Shown here in pieces: positions 1-10,527 of a DNA stretch of 38,113 nucleotides (positions are counted from its first letter, which is position 1; each line of letters begins with the position of its first letter). Below the pieces are notes generated by a model, which made no database searches, was not told where the DNA came from, and saw only the letters and a program-made list of their open reading frames with translations. The position numbers and the translations under genes are program-made. Where the stretch lies: the NCBI GenBank assembly GCA_032718475.1, contig JAUCBJ010008768.1, positions 1 to 38,113 of the forward strand, read 5' to 3'. The DNA comes from Nemertoderma westbladi (lineage: Eukaryota > Animalia > Xenacoelomorpha).

Positions 1-1047
1 TCTATATAAACAGAGTTATGACTTAAACTACTCACAACGATATGGCTTAATTATAATTCACATATATGGCGCATTCTTTAGGAATTGCTTCTTTAACAGA
101 CTCACTCATACACAATGCTGCACAATACTGCACACTAATCTGCCAATCTTCACTGATTTTAGTCACATATAAAAGGAACACAGACTGACTCATGTAGGGT
201 CTATCAAATAACATTAGATTCACTTCAAACCACTTTAACATAAGTCACAATCGTTATTGGTAACCTTTCTCTCTTACCTTCGGTATATCAAGAATATTGG
301 GTTTTCGGGGTTATTTCTCGTTATTCCAATATAATAATTCATCAACCAATATAATGAATAACCGACAACAAATAGCAGTATACAGTGTTGATTGAGCAGG
401 TAAATTTTAGCAGTTTCAGCAGTTATTAAAAGCCGTGTGTCAGCAGTGATTACGAAATTGCAGTTAAAGGATATATGTCCTTATAATTAAACCTACTAGT
501 GTTGAGCTAAAAAGCAGAAAGCACAAAACACTAAAAAGCCGTTCTTTCGTGGCTTTGAAAAACTCGTGACTACTACTCTATACGAGGATACCAACTACCC
601 TTATTCCACGAAGCTCCCGTTCAACACAGAGAAAGAGCAGTGAGATAGGAAAATTTCAGTTCAGTAGCTCTGTGATAGGTCAAAATCATGGCTAACTCAA
701 ATTCTATTGGGAGATACAAAAACAAGGCTATGACGCAACCTCCCTAGGCTGGTTGGCCGATTAAACAGAGCCCAGATACCTGCGTACAGCAAATCAGCCA
801 ATAAGCTGGTAGCTTGCACTATTTTTAGCTATAGATCCCTTTAGAGTATTCTAGCGACCGGGGGGGAACTGGCCAACAAGGCAAACGAATCAGTTATCCC
901 ACAAAAGCTTTTACAAGAACATTTTATTATTTTTTTTCAAATGTATTTCATGTTCTAGAACATTTCAAAAAAAAGAAATAGCAAAAACTAGCTAGTAATA
1001 AAAATTTGGAGGGGGGTGTAGCTATAACACACTAGTGCCAATACCAT

Positions 1048-1660
1048 GGTACTGGAGGTGGACCACCGGTTCCGCAACCCCCCGTTTATGTCATGAAGAT
1101 GTTCGAAATAATTCAACGTTCAAGTGGCGATGTAATTTTTGGTATAGGATCTGGGGCGGAGTGTGGTGGATCTAACACTACTGACTACTGGTAATGATAT
1201 TCGCGAAAAATAAAATATTCCGACCGATACCTCCAGCCCAGCACCAGTTAGTGCAGAAACCGATCCTGGTAGATCGATCATAGATCACACATCCGAATCT
1301 ATTGCGGCCAAACGCATTTGTGCCGCCGGGGTAAAATCGACGGAGACCGCTCTAGATCTTCAATTGGTTCAACAGAAGTTGTTAATGATAAAAGAAAACC
1401 GGTATTTAATTTACCTTAAGACGTTAAAGGCCAAAGAAGAGATGAGACGATTGAATCTTGTGATTCCAGATCCTCAAATGTTTACGTTGGATGCTTCAGC
1501 TGTTGAGACTTCAGGAGTTGGAGATGAAGATAACGGATGTAGGCCTATACTAGAGGATCCTCCAGTAATCTCAATTGGCGAGAATGCCGAGGTAATGTTT
1601 GTTGACAACAACCTGGCTCGAAACTTTCTTCATCAGATTACTTTGTTAAATGATAAATAA
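1048..1660 (+). pseudogene. C-terminal part of a Harbinger Myb/SANT-like DNA-binding protein (NAIF1/MSANTD-like), frameshifted
   Basis: GTGGGPP at 1048-1068, then in a shifted frame YVMKMFEII...VIFGIGSGAE. This is followed by a coiled-coil-like and acidic ORF (1364-1660). It lies tail-to-tail with the transposase. Confidence 0.6.
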
Positions 1661-2054
1661 ACTGAGGATTTTTTTTAATAATATGCAATTAAATAATATC
1701 AAAGCATTTACTATTCAAAGTAATGTTGTGTATATAATGTATCAAGATTAGGGATTTGAGTCAGGAAATGTAAGGAAATTTTCTAGACATTTTTCCCACA
1801 ATTTCGTATTTTATTAATTGTTGATGATATAAAATTAACTTTTAATAGTAATTATTTACAGAAATATCCTCATATTAATTGCATAAAATAGTAATAACGG
1901 TAATATGATTTGAATTGAACTTAATTTGTGATTGTGACTTTTGTTTGTGTTTTGTCAATTTCATTATTAGGCCTACTATGTTTTATATTGAACGCAATTT
2001 CTGAAATTAATACATTTTCAATTTTCACTCTTAAACTCTATAACTCTAGACCAA

Positions 2055-2385
2055 GCGGCAGCTTGGTCTATTGGTGACATTCCTGGGCTTCCAATTAGAA
2101 AGCCCTGGTTCAATCCCAAGATGGGGCAGCACTGTTTGGGCACAGTGCTTTAAATGCTGCAGCCAAGCCCAACCCTGGCTTTCATCCTTCAGTGGTCGAT
2201 AAATGGGAACCAAGGCAACTTGGGAAACAGAGTGGAAGGGTTTACTGTGGAAGATCACCCATGATAGTGGTGAACAGGCATTCCTTTAGGAAACAGAGTG
2301 GAAGGGTTTACTGTGGAAGATCACCTATGGTGGTGAACAGGCATTCCTTGGCTTAACGAGCCTAAAAAGATTCTCCCATTCATTT
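2055..2385 (+). mobile_element. tRNA-derived SINE inserted between the two Harbinger genes
   Basis: A-box-like TGGTCTATTGG (~2064) and B-box GGTTCAATCCC (2107-2117). Central GGCTTTCATCCTTCAGTGGTCGATAAATGGGAACC resembles a conserved metazoan SINE core. There is a ~62-65 bp internal tandem duplication at 2224-2349. Confidence 0.65.
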
Positions 2386-2479
2386 TAACTCTTTTCATAG
2401 TTTAATACTGTACCTCTTGCTATTTTGTCAGTTTATGAATACACGTTCTGAAAAACATAGGAAAACACAAGTAGAGTAA

Positions 2480-3773
2480 ACACTAGAAAGAAGTGATTCC
2501 TGCTTACTGGTGTTGTAGTGGTTCTGTGTCGTGGCTCTTGTGGTTGTAACTGCGGGTGAAGTATACTTTTAGGAAATTTCCTTGAATAAACATATTTCCG
2601 GAAAACTCACATCCCTAATCAAGTTGTGCAAAATCGCGCATTAAGCAATGATGCGACATACACGCTCAGGACTCATTCTCATTTTTCCACCAAGGCAATG
2701 GAATCTCCGCTTAAGTACACCAAAACTTCGTTCTATCACATTTCTAGTAGATTTATGTGATTTATTATATCGCTCTTTAGAAACGTTAGCGGGTACTAGC
2801 AGCAGCGGTGTCAGTAACCAACAGCGGTTCGCGTAACCACTGTCTCCTAGTAGAATACCTCTACGTCGGCCTGATTCAAAATCCATCCCAATCCTGCTGT
2901 TCTTCAAAATTCTAGAATCGTGTACGCTGCCGGGCCAGTCTGCCACTATATCTAAGAATTTACCATCTGCATCACAGATAGCCTGCACATTGATGCTATA
3001 TGTAGTAGCCATGCCTGTTGATGTAATAACTACTCTGATCTCCACATGGAGCTTGAATTTCTACATGGGTGCCATCGACTGCACCCACTACTCCTGGAAA
3101 TCCAGCGACTAAAAAAAAGTTTTCTTTGAGTTTCAGGAGACCTTCTTCGTTTCTTGGCATTTGGACAAATTCGTTTATGTGTTTAATTAAAACATTCGTC
3201 ACACGATAAATAGTTTTACTAATAAATTCTACATTGCGCAATCTTTAGGCTGGCTGTCAATCATCAAGTTGGCCAACCAATTATAATTAGTAACACTTCA
3301 ATATCTGCTATATCTAGTAGAGTGGCTCAAGTTGGTACCAAGTTAATAAAATATCTTCAGCACAAATTGGTCGCATTCGAAATCAGCATTGGTTTATTGT
3401 TTTGGTTAGAAAACACAGCCACTGTAACATGCCCCTCTCCTTCAATATTTTACATTCTTTTTTTAAACCTAATAAATACAAATTGTTTGTCTATTTATCT
3501 ATATATTTTTGCCGCGGGTTGTTCTAGAACATTAACATATATGTCAATATCTCCATAAAAATAGCTAGTAAAAAAATTCAAAATGAGGAGGAATATTCCA
3601 ATATTCCAGGAATATCCCAATATTTTACAGAGGATTTAAAATGCCCTGTAGTGGCTCCGTAGGTACCGCTCTTAAAATTCAGTATCGTTATATACTTGTA
3701 GTGGGTTGAGTTTGATGTTGTTTACTCTCGATTTTCGTCGATGCCTATTTATAACAACTGGAACAAAAGCCAT
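2480..3773 (-). pseudogene. HARBI1-like (DDE_Tnp_4) transposase pseudogene
   Basis: N-terminus MAFVPVVINRHRRKSRV..NPLQVYNDTEF*ERY from ATG at 3773. Core motifs GFPGVVGAVDGTHV, SINVQAICD, WPGSVHDSRIL, LLGDSGY, R-NVIERSFGVLKRRF, then IIA*CAILHN. It carries in-frame stops, a frameshift near 3000-3045, and unrelated sequence at ~3240-3660 in place of the HTH region. Confidence 0.9.
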
Positions 3774-4049
3774 AACATTACCGGTACAGAGCAAACTGCA
3801 TTTTGTTTATTTACTTAAGACTTAAGTAGCCAGATAAGGTACCTTCCAGGGTTACTTAAGTTTTCCCTTAAATGTGAAACTTTAAATGGCCATTTAACTT
3901 TTGAGAAACTGCAAATAAATTTAAGGGGGCACTTAGTAACAAAACACTTTAGTTTAAGTGCCCAATTTAAGTTAAGTGAGTTTTGAGAAACCGGGCCTTA
4001 ATTTAGTTGCAACTAGCTCTTAAAAAATATCGGTATTCATAAACTGTTA

Positions 4050-4245
4050 GGCCGCGTTCACACTACCGAGTCAAAGTCAAAGTCAAAAGAAAATAAATAT
4101 AGCTAGCTAGCAATGATAAATAATAATACATTATATAGGCCTAATATAATACATAATGGCATTCTAGAAAAAAATAAATTTCTTGTTATTTTTTTTACAT
4201 TTTGTCTTTTGACTTTGACTTTGACTCGGTAGTGTGAACGCGGCC
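4050..4245. mobile_element. Tourist-like PIF/Harbinger MITE, 196 bp
   Basis: 41-bp perfect TIRs GGCCGCGTTCACACTACCGAGTCAAAGTCAAAGTCAAAAGA, with TTA on both sides (4047-4049 and 4246-4248). Confidence 0.9.
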
Positions 4246-4439
4246 TTACTAAATTTAGTTCTAGCATGCCTATTAGTAGCAGTATTGGTACTATATCGAT
4301 GTCAAAAAAGCTTTCAGTTTCAACTAAAGACCGGTAGCTAGTCCTGCCTGTCTGAATGATTATTGCATTACTTTTATCGGTATGGCTTACATTATTAATT
4401 CCATCGATTTTATTGGCCACTAATGCAATATTATTAGTG

Positions 4440-4690
4440 GACGATGTGTGATGACCGCAGAATGTTATCAGATGTCGCAGGAACATCAGATGGGGTCTGG
4501 CGGCATGAAGCAGAAGTCTTCATAGGACACCTGGTGGAGACTCTTGTTGGCAACGGGACACAATGCGGGAGCGCGGTCTAGCAGCGTTACTCGGAGCCAT
4601 TAGAAGGAGGCTGCTATTCGCCCTCCTACTGTAAGGTCATCATCCCTTTGCCTTAGCCGGCGTTCTTGGAGTGGTCTGGGGTTCGGTGAC
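4440..4690 (+). mobile_element. Degenerate 3' fragment of a CRE-clade RLE non-LTR retrotransposon
   Basis: Translates across frameshifts as CDDRRML..GTSDGVWRHEAEVFIGHLVETLV..RERGLAALLGAIRRRLLFALL..SWSGLGFGD, which aligns with the ORF at 25469-25882. Confidence 0.75.
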
Positions 4691-5069
4691 TCACAACCCA
4701 ATACTAAGCAGACAATAATTATTGTATTATAAATGTTATAGTGGTCGGGTTTACCCTTATTATTATTGATTTTTATTCATATACTACTGTAATACTATAA
4801 TCAATAATAATTCTTTACTTCACTCATACAATTTCCTTTTCCACTAAATTGAATGTTTTTTTCCTCTAAATTAAATGTTTTGTAATAAATCTTCGTCATA
4901 ATAATATATATTTTTCTTCCACTAAAATAAATTTATTTTTTTTATCATCAAAAATAAAACTGTAATATAAAAAAAGTAATATTAAATCCAAAGATATAGA
5001 ATATTGATATTCCTTTAGTGTTTTGGTTAAAATAACTTAGTGACTTTTTTAATTTATTTTAGTGTTACA

Positions 5070-5623
5070 CCTTACACCTGCGCAGTGGATAGTGTGAAAG
5101 CCGCCTTACACCTGCGCAGTGGATGGTGTGAAATCCGCCTTACACCTGCGCAGTGGATAGTGTGAAAGCTGCCTTACACCTGCGAAGTGGATAGTGTGAA
5201 AGCCGCCTTACACCTGCGCAGTGGATAGTGTGAAAGCCGCCTTACACCTGCGCAGTGGATGGTGTGAAATCCGCCTTACACCTGCGCAGTGTATAGTGTG
5301 AAAGCTGCCTTACACCTGCGAAGTGGATAGTGTGAAAGCCGCCTTACACCTGCGAAGTGGATAGTGTGAAAGCCGCCTTACACCTGCGAAGTGGATAGTG
5401 TGAAAGCCGCCTTACACCTGCGCAGTGGATAGTGTGAAAGCCGCCTTACACCTGCGCAGTGGATGGTGTGAAATCCGCCTTACACCTGCGCAGTGTATAG
5501 TGTGAAAGCTGCCTTACACCTGCGAAGTGGATAGTGTGAAAGCCGCCTTACACCTGCGAAGTGGATAGTGTGAAAGCCGCCTTACACCTGCGAAGTGGAT
5601 AGTGTGAAAGCCGCCTTACACCT
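5070..5623. repeat. 34-bp minisatellite, 16 units, with higher-order structure
   Basis: Unit CCTTACACCTGCGCAGTGGATAGTGTGAAAGCCG; variant order A B C D / A B C' D D D / A B C' D D D. Confidence 0.95.
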
Positions 5624-5817
5624 TAAGTAATTTAAACAGGACTTAGGATGATCCAACTCTATAGCAAATGGAGTTGAAAAAATTAATTTGCCACCAGCGG
5701 GGATCGAACCCGCGTCTCCCGATAAACGTTCAAGTATGCTGACCACTGGTGGCAAAATTCATTTTTTCCGCTCCACTTGCTATAGAGTTGAATCAGCCTA
5801 AGTCCTGTTTAAATTAC
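5623..5817. mobile_element. tRNA-derived SINE-like element in foldback (inverted duplicate) arrangement
   Basis: The - strand carries AGTGGTCAGCATAC...GGTTCGATCCCCGCTGGTGG. Its 3' body is repeated on + at 5746-5817. The same family occurs at 15932-16460. Confidence 0.65.
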
Positions 5818-5849
5818 AAAAATACAACTGATCAATCATCAGGTAGTAA

Positions 5850-6420
5850 AATTATCGTTATATCCAGTGAACAAGTGAAGGATTCAATCATGGCTCTAAA
5901 CAAAAACAAGGCTGCCGACTATTTTAAGTTGAAGGCGGAACATCTAATTTATGGTCTGTCTGATACACTTTGAGACTACCTGGCATTTGCTTTCAATACC
6001 ATGAGAGCAACTGCAACATGTCCAAAAGCACCTGGTGAAAAATTGGTCATCCCAACCTTAAAAGATTTACATCGAAATAAATATCAACAAAAACCAGTTA
6101 TGACCAATATCTATTGTAATGCTGATTGCGAAGGTTTTGGAACTACTTGTGTCTTGGGAACTTCATTAACCCTGGATCTTAAAATTAATGACCTATAAAT
6201 GGGCTATAGGAAAAACATTAAGTACTGGACTGACATATGCTACGGTCAAGAGCCTGAGTGATTTGTTCAATAAAAAGGGTTCCGATATTTATATGTTAAC
6301 TTTAGATCTTACCGCAGCATTTTATACGGTGAGTTCTGTGAAACTCTTTCAAAAGCTAGGCCAATCGGGAGTAGAGACAAATCTCCTAAAATCACTCAAG
6401 AACTACTATATGGTCAAATG
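5850..6420 (+). pseudogene. Degenerate LINE reverse transcriptase fragment
   Basis: ISSEQVKDSIMALNKNKAAD..LKAEHLIYG (pre-RT domain 0) and IYMLTLDLTAAFYTV..KLFQKL (RT domain 3-like), broken by stops and frameshifts. Confidence 0.75.
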
Positions 6421-6451
6421 GTCATCTGAAAAACTATCAAGACATGACCAT

Positions 6452-6673
6452 AACATGTTAGCTATTTATTTTTTAAAAAAAATTATGTTCTAGAACAAAT
6501 ATTTTTTGTTCTATAACATTTTTTAGAAAAAAAATCTGGATTCTATTTAAAACGCATGGAATCGTTCTAAAACGTGTTTTAAATAGAATCCAGATTTTTT
6601 TCTAAAAATGTTCTAGAACAAAAAATATTTTTTCTAGAACATAATTTTTTTTAAAATAAATAGCTAACATGTT
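6452..6673. repeat. AT-rich hairpin/foldback (~100-bp arms) of the GTTCTAGAAC/TAGCTA dispersed family
   Basis: 6452-~6553 is nearly the reverse complement of ~6575-6673, with a loop of ~20 bp. Related arms lie at 28330-28450 and 28950-29075. Confidence 0.85.
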
Positions 6674-8129
6674 CTGGAACATTTTCTATACAAATAGTAA
6701 CAAGAACTAGCTACTACAAAATATTTATAGAGGGAGTAGGATGTCGGAATCAGTGTCGAAATTACTAGCTAAACCTATTTAAAACACTAGCTACCATAAA
6801 CTTTTTTATGTTACTTAACGAGGATACCTCAATTACGCCTATTGAGCAAATTGCAGCAAATGAAAATTTATAGAACTCTTCCCATATCAAAATATCAAAT
6901 TGTTGTAAAAAAATCTTGCCCCCAGTCACCGCCCCCAGTTAACTCGATGGCATGGCCTTGTATATAGTACGCCTTGGTTCAAACTGAAAAGTGCTGGTTA
7001 CTTGTTTTTTTTTTCATTTTCTGCCTAAGTACTGTAGAGTACTAACAGAGCCTTTTATAGTAATCAGATCATTTTTAAATATTTTCAAATGGATTTTGCG
7101 CCCCAGAAAACCTGTATTGGAAAACAATTAGCCGAAAATTATCACTTTCAAATTTTATGAAAATTGTTCACTCCCGGTACTTGTAATTTTGGTGCAGCAA
7201 AATAACCACCCCAGTATATTTTTTCAAAAATTTTTTATTCGGCCGGAATCGAACTAGCGAAATCTACGAACAAATTAAAAATCAGACGTCTTCGTTAAAA
7301 TTTGTATATTTTAGAGAGGGGGGGGGGGGGTCAATATGAATATGATGGGGTGGGGGGGGGGGGGGGGGGGGGTCAATATAATAGGGTTAAACTAGCTACT
7401 GGAGGAAATGTTCCTATTTACCAAATAAACATTTGAATACTAAATTTATTAATAATTACCATAGTAATTACTGATCTAGAGTAAATAATGCGAAACCAAC
7501 ACGTAATTTGAGTAAATTCCATTCACGCACTCAAAAGTTATTGCAACTTTACTATCTGCAAGGCGTAAACATATCTCAATATCCCATATTGGTTTATGTC
7601 GTCATCGACTCTCTAGTTACATAAACAATATTCGAGAACATTAAGGGGGGCTTAATGTAGCTGCTTCCAGCATTCCCATTATAGATAGATAATTGAAACC
7701 TGAAAAAGGTGGACAGTCCAATTACTAATAAATAACACTGCAATAAATAATTTAAAATTGATTAAAGTATCAGGAGTATTACATATATTCGAATGGCACT
7801 AACTATGGAAGCAGTCGAGAACAGTGAAAAAGATATACTTTTCCCAAGAAATAAATAATTATATTGTCCGCAAAGTAGGGACAATAGAGGTATAATTTTT
7901 AAAGAAACTCGATTAATTTACCACTACTGCTCCATTAGTGGAGCTGTAAATAAAATCTCGTTAACAAAAACTATATCGTTCGCATTTCCAATAATATCAG
8001 GTATTTTGATTTACTGGGTATATGGAGACATTGTGCTGTGCACGCACAATGCAAATAAATTATGGCAAACTTATTAATTAATATACACCATGACCCGTAA
8101 TATAGCGTCATTTTCTGATTACACGAACC

Positions 8130-8329
8130 CGATGTTAGGACAATTGCGACCCGGTCAATTGCGACCCGGTCAATTGCGACCCGGTCAATTGCGACCCGGT
8201 CAATTGCGACCCGGTCAATTGCGACCCGGTCAATTGCGACCCATGATTTTAGAAAAAATTTATGGGTCGCAATTGACCGGGTCGCAATTGTCCGGGTCGC
8301 AATTGTCCGGGTCGCAATTGTCCGGATCC
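8130..8329. mobile_element. Small foldback MITE built of 15-bp repeats
   Basis: 7 copies of CAATTGCGACCCGGT (8141-8242), a ~20-bp AT spacer, then 4 inverted copies (8264-8322). No clear TSD. Confidence 0.75.
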
Positions 8330-8628
8330 AGATAAAAAGATTTAATGTATATCATTGATAAAAATCATTGTATCATTGTGACTAATGTGAAGAATGGCAA
8401 CGATACGGAGGGTGCGATTTCCCAAAAGACACTTTTTTATAACGCTGATAAAAAAAAATTATAGGCAAAATAAAAAATTATGGCTTCATGCGGACATCGA
8501 CGGTGAGTTGAACAAGTTGTGATTCAAATTTCAAGCAATATAATAATAGCAATAATATATTCAAGTTTATAAGAAGTAATGTACATATGAAATAATGTAA
8601 AGATCTATACAGACACTAAATATACCTA

Positions 8629-10255
8629 ATGTGTATCAAACTTTCATCGAATAGTCGTTGTAACTTGGTTATTATCTGCTCAGTACTCTGTGGCCTGATT
8701 GGAGTATGGGCCATCGGTATGATTGTGTTCGGACTCTATGTCAACTTCAATGTTGTGCGAGGGACACACCTTATTCGCGATTACAATGCTCGTTCCTTTA
8801 TCGGGCTCATTCTATCCATAGGAGGTATTAACTGTATCACTACAATCATTGGATTCGTAAGTCTGTTTAGATACATCAATGAGAACAAAATTCGAGGGTT
8901 CACCAACGAATTACCCAGTCTTAAGTTGTTGAAGAGTTACCATATTAACCTTGTAATCATCACATTGTGGTTTCTCTACTTTGTGACTTGTTGGTTAACT
9001 TTAGCTGTCGCTATAACTTCATTAACTCATGTAGATGAGGTCGAGAGAGCTTTCAATATCGGCATAACGCACGCCATCACGGTATACATGAAGGACGTTG
9101 GGGCGAAAGTGGACATAGATGCGTTTGCAGGTAGATTTTGAGTGCTGCGGTAGCAATAATTACAGCGATTGGTTGGATATAGAGTGGGCAGATAAAGGAA
9201 ATTATATGATGCCATTCAGCTGTTGTAATTCGTCGGTTTTACGGCCATGTGTTTTAGAAGTAAACAATCAAACAACTAACTTGACGATTTTTTACCAAGA
9301 AGGGTGCATGCATAAACTTCGGGAATATTGGGAGCTACGGTTGGGCCCATTCGCTATTCTCGCATTCATAATGTTCATGACACAGGCGGGTCTCGCAACA
9401 TCGCTCCGATATCTCCAGACATCGATCCACAGCGCGTTGAAGCGAAGAAGTTGGAGAGAACCGTCCAGAGGTTATCTTCTTGCCACCCCTGGAGCCGAGG
9501 TATCTGTGCAGGTAAAGGCGACGAAAATCGAAGGGGAAGTAGTCGAATTGGAACTGTTGGTGAGCGGAGATCCATTGGTTGAAAATAGTGACATTAATAC
9601 TGGGGATGAAGATAAAGTGGCTGATTTTAAGCTGGAAGAGTGCGCGGCACCTAAACCATCCCCAACATCTACAAGTCATAAGGGCGCCCAACCAGCTCGT
9701 AACAACCCTACAACACCCCCTTTACCTAATAGCATCCCCGAATCACCCACTCAACCCATTAACATCCCAACACCAACCCCTTTACCCAATAGCATCCCCG
9801 AATCACCCAGTCAACCCATTAACAACCCGACACCACCACCTTTACCCAATGGCATCCTCCAAGCACTCCCTCCACCTGCAGACATCCCGCAACCACACCC
9901 ATCACCCACCAAACACCGGCTAACAGATCCTAACATTCCGCAATCACCTCGTGTATCCTCTAACAACAACCCTACATCGCCATTATTGTCTCACTACCAA
10001 AAAAAACCCGCTGCCATCGTTCCGGTATTGCCCCCTGCACCGCCTGTTGGTAAAATGCCCGGCACTCTTCGCACAGAGATCAAGGACATTAATAAAGATT
10101 TAAAACCAAAAGAGGAGCAGAAGAAAGAGTATGAACAATTGGACAATGAGCGAGACTCACTTCTTCACAAGACAATACAATCCCGGAGATACGCACATGG
10201 GGCATCCAGTGAGACATTACTTGATAATGATGAGGATGAGGTATCGTTTAGTTAA
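8629..10255 (+). CDS. PRPH2: Intronless peripherin-2/ROM1 (RDS)-family tetraspanin with a proline-rich, WCA-like C-terminal extension; one 1-nt frameshift at 9124-9126 (~541 aa if corrected)
   Basis: Three hydrophobic helices lie in ORF 8629-9141 and TM4 in ORF 9119-10255. Large-loop motifs ID.LQ.DFECCGSNNYSDWLDIEW, PFSCCN...RPC and GC are present, with the post-TM4 LRYLQTS...SRGYLL signature typical of PRPH2/ROM1. Deleting one T in GCG TTT GCAG joins the two ORFs. The symbol denotes the family, not proven orthology. Confidence 0.85.
9701..9890 (+). repeat. Coding 60-bp (20-aa) tandem repeat, 3 units plus a partial one
   Basis: NNPTTPPLPNSIPESPTQPI / NIPTPTPLPNSIPESPSQPI / NNPTPPPLPNGILQALPPPA starting at 9701, 9761 and 9821. 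Confidence 0.9.
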
Positions 10256-10432
10256 GTAAAAACAAACAATAATTATTGAACATTCATTAACAATTTATGC
10301 AACAGATATTCAATTTGTGGCGTTATTTTAATTAGTTAAAACGGTAAATTTCGACACTTCTTGCTAACATTTTACTATAGAATATCTAAACTGCAATAAT
10401 AACTATTTATTATATTGTGTATCAAGTAGGAC

Positions 10433-10527
10433 ATTTAATCTCACGTCGGCTCCGAGTGTTAATATTTAGAAGAACGAGCGGAGTGAGTGGGTTAAATATT
10501 GAAACGAGGGACTGAAGTGAGATAAAG
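10433..10527. repeat. Imperfect inverted repeat around an ACGAGCGGAGTGAGTG core (possible non-autonomous Crypton-like end)
   Basis: TTTAATCTCACGTCGGCTCCGAGTGTTAATATTTA pairs imperfectly with TTAAATATTGAAACGAGGGACTGAAGTGAGATAAA. The family assignment is from recollection only. Confidence 0.35.

Larger units (their letters stand above)
1040..3997. mobile_element. Decayed autonomous-type PIF/Harbinger DNA transposon (two convergent genes; right terminus at 3997; left end not seen)
   Basis: Myb/SANT-type ORF remnant on + and HARBI1-like DDE transposase remnant on -. The terminus reads GGCCCGGTTTCTCAAAA on the - strand (3981-3997) and is followed by TTA. Several TTAAG-type subterminal motifs lie at 3810-3980. 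Confidence 0.8.

Noticed and set aside
47-241. 64-aa ORF and the other short isolated ORFs in AT-rich DNA
   Set aside because: No motifs or splice context; lengths are within chance expectation.
5070-5623. CRISPR-like appearance of the 34-bp array (also 34235-35261)
   Set aside because: Units are head-to-tail with no unique spacers, there are no cas genes, and the context is eukaryotic.
9082-9130. 49-nt GT...TTTGCAG intron that would repair the frameshift
   Set aside because: It restores the frame but removes the conserved Y..K..ID.LQ helix of the tetraspanin loop; a 1-nt indel is more parsimonious.
9328-9923. Alternative-frame and antisense ORFs over the tetraspanin gene
   Set aside because: Shadows of a C-rich coding region with no recognisable motifs.
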